Source: Piromyces finnis finn
Taxonomy: Eukaryota > Fungi > Neocallimastigomycota
Assembly: GCA_002104945.1 (NCBI GenBank)
Contig: MCFH01000014.1
Span: 496,001 to 560,000, forward strand
Reading direction: 5' to 3'
DNA length: 64,000 nt
Of the stretch, positions 55,752 to 64,000 are shown in pieces (positions within the stretch are counted from its first letter, which is position 1; every line of letters starts with the position of its first letter). The notes below the pieces were generated by a model. The model was not told the origin of the DNA. It did no database searches and saw only the letters and a list, made by a program, of their open reading frames with translations. The position numbers and the translations under genes are program-made.

Positions 55752-56836
55752 TTATATATGTATATAAAGAATTGCTTTTTTTTAATTGTTTAGTTATTAT
55801 TATTTATTTATAATTTGTTTGTTTGTTTGTTTTAAAAAAATGTTTAAATTTATTGATTTTAAAATTTGTTTATATTTGAATTATATTCCTGATATATATA
55901 ATAATTATTATTTTAATTGTTTTGAATAATAAAATATACAATGAAATAACTCTTTTTTTTATTATTATTAACTTTTATTCCTTCAAATTTCTTATTTTTT
56001 TTTTTTAATAAAAAAAATTTTAATTAAATTTATGAATATAAATTAATAAAATAAAATAATCATTTTTTTTAGGTGTGATTGGTGCTATACCGTAAATAAT
56101 CTACCAGAAATTTAACCAAAACAAAAAATGTGTACAGATAATTTAGGTAGAATTAAAAAGGAAACTACACTATAGCCATAAATGAAAATTAAATTACTGA
56201 AAAATAATAATAATAATAATAATATAATATTTTTTAAAGCAATTTGTATATTTTTTAAACTAACCATTCACCATAAAAACTAATGTAATATTTCTATGAA
56301 AAAAAAAGTTGAACACTCTAAATTTTTATAAAGCAATAATTAAAAGATAATGGAATACAATAAAAATGATATAACATTGATATGAATAAATATTAGTATT
56401 ACATATTTATATATATATAATATGGTTAAAAACCATAATTTTCTTGATTTTTTAAAAAATGTAATTTTTATTTTCTTTTTTTTATTTTTTATTATTATAA
56501 TTATCACTATAATTATAATTATTTTAATTATGAACAACATACATAAATATAAATTAAATATAAATATAGATTATATTATATTATATTATTGTTTTGTATG
56601 TATGTGTATGTATATATTCTTTATAAAATTAATGTTTTATATACTTTTATGACTAATATTATAATTCTACTCTGATAGAACTTTGATATATAATAGATGT
56701 ACTTTTAAAATGTAATATATATATATATATATGTTTTATCTATAAACTACTTTACTCTCTATTTTTAAAATGATAAGAAAAAAAAAAAATTTAAATTTAT
56801 TTACTTATTTGTTTATTCTAATAATGTAAAAAAAAA

Positions 56837-56869
<33 letters not shown>

Positions 56870-56888
56870 AATAAATAAATAAATAAAA

Positions 56889-59800
56889 TTAAACTTGGTA
56901 ATTGTATAATACCAAAGTTTCTGATGTAGGAGGTGGTGGTGGTTTTAGTGTTGTGGGTAAAGGTGTAATACAATGTTGTTCAGTGGAATATTCTTTAGCT
57001 CGTTTTAATAAAATTTTTGCAGCTATACTTTCATTTGAATTATCATCAGATCTATCATGTTGGTATATATGATGACCTTTTCCAAAAATATTTGCCATTA
57101 CTGGATCAGCTATTGTAGCTTGTCTTAATCGCCTCAAGCAAATAGGACAATAAATATATAATGGATTTTGAACATATTTTTCACTTCCAAAAATTGCTTT
57201 CGAAGCTGATAATAATCGAATATATCTAGTTTTTGTACTCTTTTCTAACTGATTATATGTTTCTAATGGAGATCTATTCTGACTCATTGAAATCTAATAA
57301 AATTTTTTCATATTTTTATTTTAAAAAAAAAATTGAATAAATAAAATACCAAAAATATATATATATATATATATATGTTAATATTCATTAACCAAATGCA
57401 TTATTTTATAAATTAATAGAAAAAGAAAAAAAGTATAATATTTACGGTCCATATATCTGATTGTAATGTCCATTTTTTCTTTCCTTGGGATAATAAATAA
57501 TTAATATTATCCTCTAATGAATCATATACCCTATAAACAAAAATATCCAATTAAAAAAAAAAAAACATTTAAAATTAATAAATAACAACAATTATAATTG
57601 TAATACTTAAAAAAAAATCATTTACAATTCTTGTGGAAGATAGGATTCCTGTGATAAGGATTGAATTTTTCTTTTTTTAGAAGGCCCATTAATGGATTCA
57701 TGATCCATATTTTCATTATTGCTGATATTTATATTGGTACTACTACTATCATTATTATTATTATTAGTAGTAGTAGTAGTAGTAATAGTAGTAGTAGTAG
57801 TATTATTATTATTATTATTATTATTAGTATTAGTATTAGTATTAGTATTAATATTATTATTATTATTATCATTTTCAAGCATTGAAGAAAGTGAAAAATA
57901 ATAATTATAAAATGAATTTGAATTCCGAATTGGAGATGTATTATAATTTGAAAAAAATGGAAATTCCATACTATGAAGTAAAGGACTTTGATCTGATGAA
58001 TTTAAATAGGGTAAAACTATGTTATTTACAGAAATGAATTCTTCATTAATATAAATATCATTGATTAATTCCACAACTAATGGATCTTGATTAAACCAAT
58101 TATAAGCACAAATTTCTGAGAGCATTAAACGAAAAGTAACTTCATCATATACTTGTGTAATATGTAAATAGTCAATTTCATCAAAATTATTTCTAGAGTC
58201 ACTTGAACTATTTGGTTTTATTAAAACTTTTTTATTTTTCTGAAGCTGACTTGGAAATTCGTTTTTATTAGTATTTGTATTATCATTTTCATTTTTATCC
58301 TTAAAATTGGGCTTTGTATTTTTTAAAGCAATAGTATCATTTATATTCTTTTTCAAAATATAATTATTAATAGATTCTTTGGATTCCATTGACGTATCGA
58401 TATAGATCGGATTAGTATTAAGGGATGGTTTGTTTAAGTTGATTATCGAATTTATGATATTAGTAGGGTTAGGCACTATAATTTGTTGATTGGATTTAAC
58501 CTCATTTGAATTAGGCAATTCGTGGTATATTGAAGAATGACTTATTGATCTCTCTGAAAAAACAATTTTTGGATAAATTATGGTATATCGATGAGACTCT
58601 TTTAACGATATAGAAAATTGGTTCATAATTTCCATTATAAATACCTCAAAAGATATGTTAAATGGAATAGTTACCGATAATAGCTCATCATTATATCTTA
58701 CAGATAAATTAACAAGACTGTTACACCGAGGAAGTAATTCTAAGTCAATATTTAAATCATCCTCAAGTATATCTTCATCCTCATTATTATTATGATCTAA
58801 GGAATTATCATCTAATTTTAATGAATGACAAGCTTTATCGGTATTTTTATTATATTCATTTTCATTAGATAATTTATTTAATTTACCTTTATCTGATTCA
58901 TTCAATTTGGATTTCATCATCATTGGAATTTTAAAATGAAAATAGTTTCTGTTCTTCAGGAACGCGGGAATACCTTCTTGAGCCAAGGAAAGATTCAATT
59001 GGTTTTCTTTATCTTTTTCTCCATTTTCAATCATTGATAATTTATTATTTTCTTCCATATTAATATCTTTATTTAGCTTTTCGCCTAAAGTTAAGCCTTC
59101 CATATTGGTTTCTTGAATTTTATTCTGATTACTATTTTTTATGTTCGTCTCCTTATTGGGATTTCCAATTAATGGTCTGTCTTTAGAATCCTCCATACTA
59201 CTCTCAACCGTTAATGAGTTTTCAATTAATAAATTATCCTCGGTATCGTTTTTATCATCTTCTTTTTTTATATTGGAAATATCTAATGATTTCTTATTAT
59301 CTTTTATGTTACTTTCTATCTTAAAATTTTTGTCAAGTGCAATATTATATTCAACTTTTTCATTAGTATCTTTCTTTAGCTTTGAAAAATCATTGCTATC
59401 ATCAATATTCATTTTATCCATTGATTTATCTGATTCTTCAGTCAATGAAAAATTCTTTGTTTTATTAGAATTTATTTTTCCTTCAAAAGTATTCATTAAA
59501 TCATTAATATTTTCAATGGGGGTTATTGTTGATCCAGTATTCATATTGCATTTTTTTTCTATAGGCTTACTTGTTATAGATATATTATTACTTTCTATAT
59601 CATTAGATTTCACATCCTGATCAAGAACATTCTCCTTAAAATTAGATGATTTTTTATCATCGTTGATTTTTACACCGTGAATATCTTTATTTGATTTTTT
59701 ATTATCAATAGTATCATTATCTATATTGGTATCTTTTTTATAATTTTCAGCTGATTTTGAAGATATATTGTTGTTGTTGTTATTGTTGTTCTCTTGTATT

Positions 59801-60792
59801 TCAATTTTTGCATCTAAATCTAAATTTTTATTTAGATTTTGACTGAAAGCGTCTTTTGTTCCTTCATTGATAGTTGAATTATGATAATATGTATTATTCC
59901 ATTCTTTTTCATTATTTTCTTTCATATTAAAATTTTTATTGTTCCTTTCAAGTAATTCAGAATTGGAATTTTCCTTTAAAACGAATGTACATTCGTTTTC
60001 ATGTTTTTTCGGAAAAGCTTTACTATCATCATTAATAGTTAATAAATTATCATTCTTACTTGTTTCTTTTTTCATCTGATTACTATCATGTTCATTTCGC
60101 TTATGAACAGATTTTTCAATAATTATACTATTTTCCTTACTTAATAATTGTTTATTATCATTAATGGTATCATTAAAAGTTTTAATTTCAATATTATTAT
60201 CTACAAAAGTCTCTTGGCTGTCTATGGTCGTTTTTGAAAATGAATTTTCTAAATGTTGAACTGAATTCATTTCTTCTTTTATAGTTAAATTACTTTGAGA
60301 CAGAGTTTTCCGAGCGTTTTTAATAACACTATTGGGTTTCGAAGTTTGTTGACTTTTATCCTGTATTACTATAACTTTCGGTGATATATTATTGGAAAAA
60401 GTATTTATTATACTTTTCTTATTATTACTATCATTATTATTATTGTTGTTGTTGTTGTTGTTGTTGTTATTTTCTTTACTCAAGACAGAATTGCTATTTT
60501 TTTCATTATTATCTTTTAAATTTTCATTCCATTTTACTTTATTTAAATTAACATTTGAATTTAAATTTGAATTGAACCATGAATTAGAATTGGTATTGGT
60601 ATTGGTATTGGAATTAGAATTAAAATTGGAATTAGAATTGGAGTTGGTCTTAAAATTTTTATTTTTTATGTTTGAATTTAAATTTGAAAATGTTTTCTTT
60701 TTACTATTCTTATCTTCAAAAGTTGGTATCGCATTATTATTTTCAATTATTTTTTTATCTTTAAAACTTTTTTTATTATTTTTCCCTGTCAT
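56889..60792 (-). CDS. Uncharacterised ~1,220-aa Asn-rich protein with a possible PB1-like segment and a C-terminal CxxC/His domain
   Basis: Exon 57626-60792 splices in frame via exon 57446-57530 (VYDSLEDNINYLLSQGKKKWTLQSDIWT) to 57293 (ISMSQNRS...), which joins two ORF-track entries into one gene. The true 3' end is uncertain because another intron may start near 56915. Confidence 0.6.
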
Positions 60793-62310
60793 ACTATGTC
60801 TTCTTATTCTTTTTTATATTTTAAAATAATAAAAATATCATATTTTATTTTAAAATATATTACTTTCATAATATAAATATTGAAGGTCTATTGAATGATA
60901 AGTTAGATAGGATAATATATATTATATATATAAGAACTATTGACTATTGTGTAGTAATAATTATAATTAATTAAAATAAAAGTATATACAATTTTAATAA
61001 ATAAATACTAAATGAAATCTCTATTAAATAAATAATAAATTAATAATGTTATATAAATATATCTTTTTAGGCTTTTCTCTCAACTTTTATGAAATTACTA
61101 TTACTACTACTATTTTAATTACTATTCCTATTACTATTATTATTATTATCAATCTTCCTCTTCTTCCCTTTATTTTTTCATGTTTAAATGTTGATGTTAC
61201 ATTTAACGTTAGCCAATCATATTTTAAAAAAAAGGTAAATTATATATAAAAAGAATATTAATTAAAATATTATCATTTCATATATTAAATCCACTATACT
61301 TTTTTATTTAAATCATAATTAAAAATTTTTTAAATCTAGAAATATATATAATTAATTTTTATATATAAAAAAAAAACTTTAGCTTGTATAATAATCATGT
61401 AAATGAATAGAGATAGGGTTTATTCCTATTAAATAATAATGTTAATCTTAAGATGGAAATAGATAATATAAATATAAATAAAAAAAAAAAAAGCAATTTT
61501 ATATATATATATATTTTTTTCATTCTTCAATTTGAATTTATACATAAATTTATATTTCTTTTTAAAAGTATTGTTTATTTTTTTTTTTTATTTGTTTGTT
61601 TGTTTGTTTGTTTGTTTAATTAAATAGTCTTGTTTATCAAGTAATTTTAATATAAAAAAAAAAAAAATACATTCAATTTACATAATGAGAAAGATATTGT
61701 AATTAGTTTTTATAATTATACAATGATAATTATAATTTGTATACAATCAATATCAATACTACACCTAATCCACAAATTATCATAATTAACATCAACCTTT
61801 GTGTTAAGCATCATAACCAAAGTTGTTTTAATTTAAACCATCAAAATACAATACCCACAATTTTATAAATATTAAAAAAAGTTTTTTTTTTTTTTTATTT
61901 TTTATTTTTTTTAACTCTATTCTTTACAATTTTTTTTTTTTTTAAAAGATTAAATATTAATATAATATATACCATGCTTATAAAAAAAAGGTATTTGCAT
62001 TTTTATAGAGTTTTATTAAATTATATAAAATCGACTTTAAAAAAATAAAAAGATAATAATCATTTTTTTTTATATTCACTAATTTAAATATTTAGTTTTT
62101 TTTTTAACCTTTTGTTTTTTCTTTTAAAATATAAAATATTAAAATATTATTGAGTATTATTATTTATTTTTAGTAGATATTAAAAGTTTAATTTATAATA
62201 TGCATATTTTGTACAATAATCAATATATTATTTAAATTATATTGATTAATTTCTCTTATTTTTTTTTTTTTTGTTAGTTATAAATATTATTGGATATTTA
62301 TTGTGTGTAT

Positions 62311-64000
62311 TTAGGCAGTAAGCTCACTCTTTGTTGCTTCTTCACCCATTAAAGGATTAACATAAGTAAAACCTCTAAATAATTCTTGTTCATTGGCATT
62401 TAAGTTACATTGAATTGGAGATAATTGAATTGGTTCATTAGTAAATTCTTCATCAAAGTGAGAAACATCCAATTTACCTTTCTGTAAATTTAAATAGAAT
62501 TATTAATAGTGAAAAAAGGAAATAAATATTATTTTAGTATTTTTGTCTCTATTATTAAATAAAAATTGCATTTCGGATTATTATAAACTATGAAAAAAAA
62601 AAAAAAAATACTAACGAATTTTGGAACGTATGGAACTGGAACTCTCTTTTCAAGCATAGCTTGCCAGTCAACATTCTTAAAGTATGGATGACTCTTAATT
62701 TCTTTAGCATCAGCTTGAGATGCACCTAAACGCTTTCTTGGATCTTTCATTAATAACTATAGTGATTTAAAAAAAAAAAAAAGATATATTTACATTATTT
62801 AAAATGATAACATGAATAAATATATTATTTGATTTATAGATTTAAATATAATTATATAATTATTAATTTTTTTTATTTATTTACCAATGAAGTTAATTGA
62901 ATAGCTTCACGACCCATATGTTGTGGATAGAATGGTTGTGATTCAATGATATTACGGAAAAGTTCTTCATCATCTGAACCCTTGAATGGAGCACCACGAA
63001 CTAACATTTCATAAGTTAAAATACCGAAAGTCCACCAATCAACAGCACGAGTATATGGGTGACCCTTAAGTAATTCTGGAGCCATAAATTCTGGAGTACC
63101 ACAGAATGTAGTAGTGGTAGTGGAAACATCCATATTTTCCTTACATAAACCATAATCAGTAATCTTAATGTGACCATCAACAGTTAATAAAATGTTATCT
63201 AACTTTAAATCACGATAAATAATGTTCTTCTTATGAAGATATTCTAAAGCTAATAATACTTCACACAAGTAGAATTTAGCTCTTGAATGAGTAAAGTTAT
63301 TTTGACGAACGTGGTAAATTAAATCACCACCTTGAGCATATTCCATAACGAAATAAATTCTAGAAGCACTTGAGAAACAAGAGTGAAGGTTAACTAAGAA
63401 TGGGTGATTAATTGAAGAAACAGTTAAGAATACAGACTTTTCAGACATCATACTGTGAATTTCATCCTTTTCAACAATATATTGTTTCTTTAACATCTTA
63501 ATAGCATAGAGCTTCTTTGAAACTTTATCTTCGGCCAACATAACCTTACCAAAACTACCACGACCTAAAACTGTGATAAAGTGGAAGTCATCTAAAGTTG
63601 GTGGTTTAATAGCCTTCTTTGGAGCCTTAACAGAAGTCTTGGCAACTAAGATAGTATGACGATTACTTATTTCTAAAATCTTATCTCTTCTCTTTTTTTG
63701 TTCAGCCTTTTCAATTGCACTCATGAAAGACTTTGCCATTTCATTAGACATACCACAAAGGTTTGGAATTAAAACCTTACATTCATGATGGCAACACTTT
63801 CCACATTCAGTACACTTACTAATTTGGTTCTTACCAATTGGTAACATTAAACCACAGTGACAACACCAACCATTAGTTAAGTTTGTACTTGACTTGAACT
63901 TGTGTGGAATATTATAGTTAGAAATGAAAATATTAATACTATCATTTGCTTCATGATCATGGGTTCCCTTAGTAATACATTTAGCAATAATCATATCAGA
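62311..64000 (-). CDS. PKC1: Protein kinase C (fungal Pkc1 type; C1b, kinase domain and AGC tail; 5' end outside window)
   Basis: C1 domain HKF..WCCHCG..CTECGKCCHHEC..LC. Kinase motifs VLGRGSFGKV, YAIKMLKK, YRDLKLDN, DYGLCKE and TFCGTPEFMAPE. Tail PVPYVP, DVSHFDEEFT and hydrophobic motif FRGFTY. The stop is at 62313-62311. Confidence 0.95.

Noticed and set aside
57661-60829. Plus-strand ORFs 57661-57885, 57719-57901, 59141-59620 and 60392-60829
   Set aside because: These are antisense shadows of the Asn/Thr-repeat-rich minus-strand gene, giving poly-Leu/Ile/Val artefacts.
61730-61865. C-rich (minus-strand GU-rich) patch downstream of PKC1; also an ATGATA..CTGA stretch at ~53120-53168
   Set aside because: Neither has canonical C/D or H/ACA boxes, a recognisable rRNA guide or a convincing ORF. 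The first is most simply PKC1 3' UTR.

Overview
Extremely AT-rich, intron-rich eukaryotic DNA with long homopolymers and microsatellites. The fungal gene set (myosin-motor chitin synthase, Pkc1) and base composition suggest an anaerobic gut fungus (Neocallimastigomycota); this is inference. I manually spliced 16 protein-coding genes: FIG4 (5' partial), a TBRG1-like FYR protein, VPS28, an SREK1/SRSF11-like SR protein, YTM1/WDR12, a 4E-T/EIF4ENIF1-like eIF4E-binding protein, RBM39, PCID2/Thp1, glutamine-dependent NAD synthetase, a SERHL-like alpha/beta hydrolase, an intronless homeobox factor, a class V chitin synthase, ORC6, a DUF5092-like membrane protein, USE1 and PKC1 (5' partial), plus one uncharacterised ~1,220-aa Asn-rich protein. 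I found no rRNA, tRNA, CRISPR or recognisable transposon. The window is mostly housekeeping DNA, and I found no clear novel multi-gene system. The best leads are a candidate poison exon in the long first intron of the SR gene, a metazoan-like 4E-T in an early-diverging fungus, 3' splice sites preceded by poly(A) rather than pyrimidines, degenerate switch motifs in the chitin synthase motor, a short-linker Pkc1, and an unassigned CxxC/His domain. All family calls come from recognising motifs by eye; no database searches were run.
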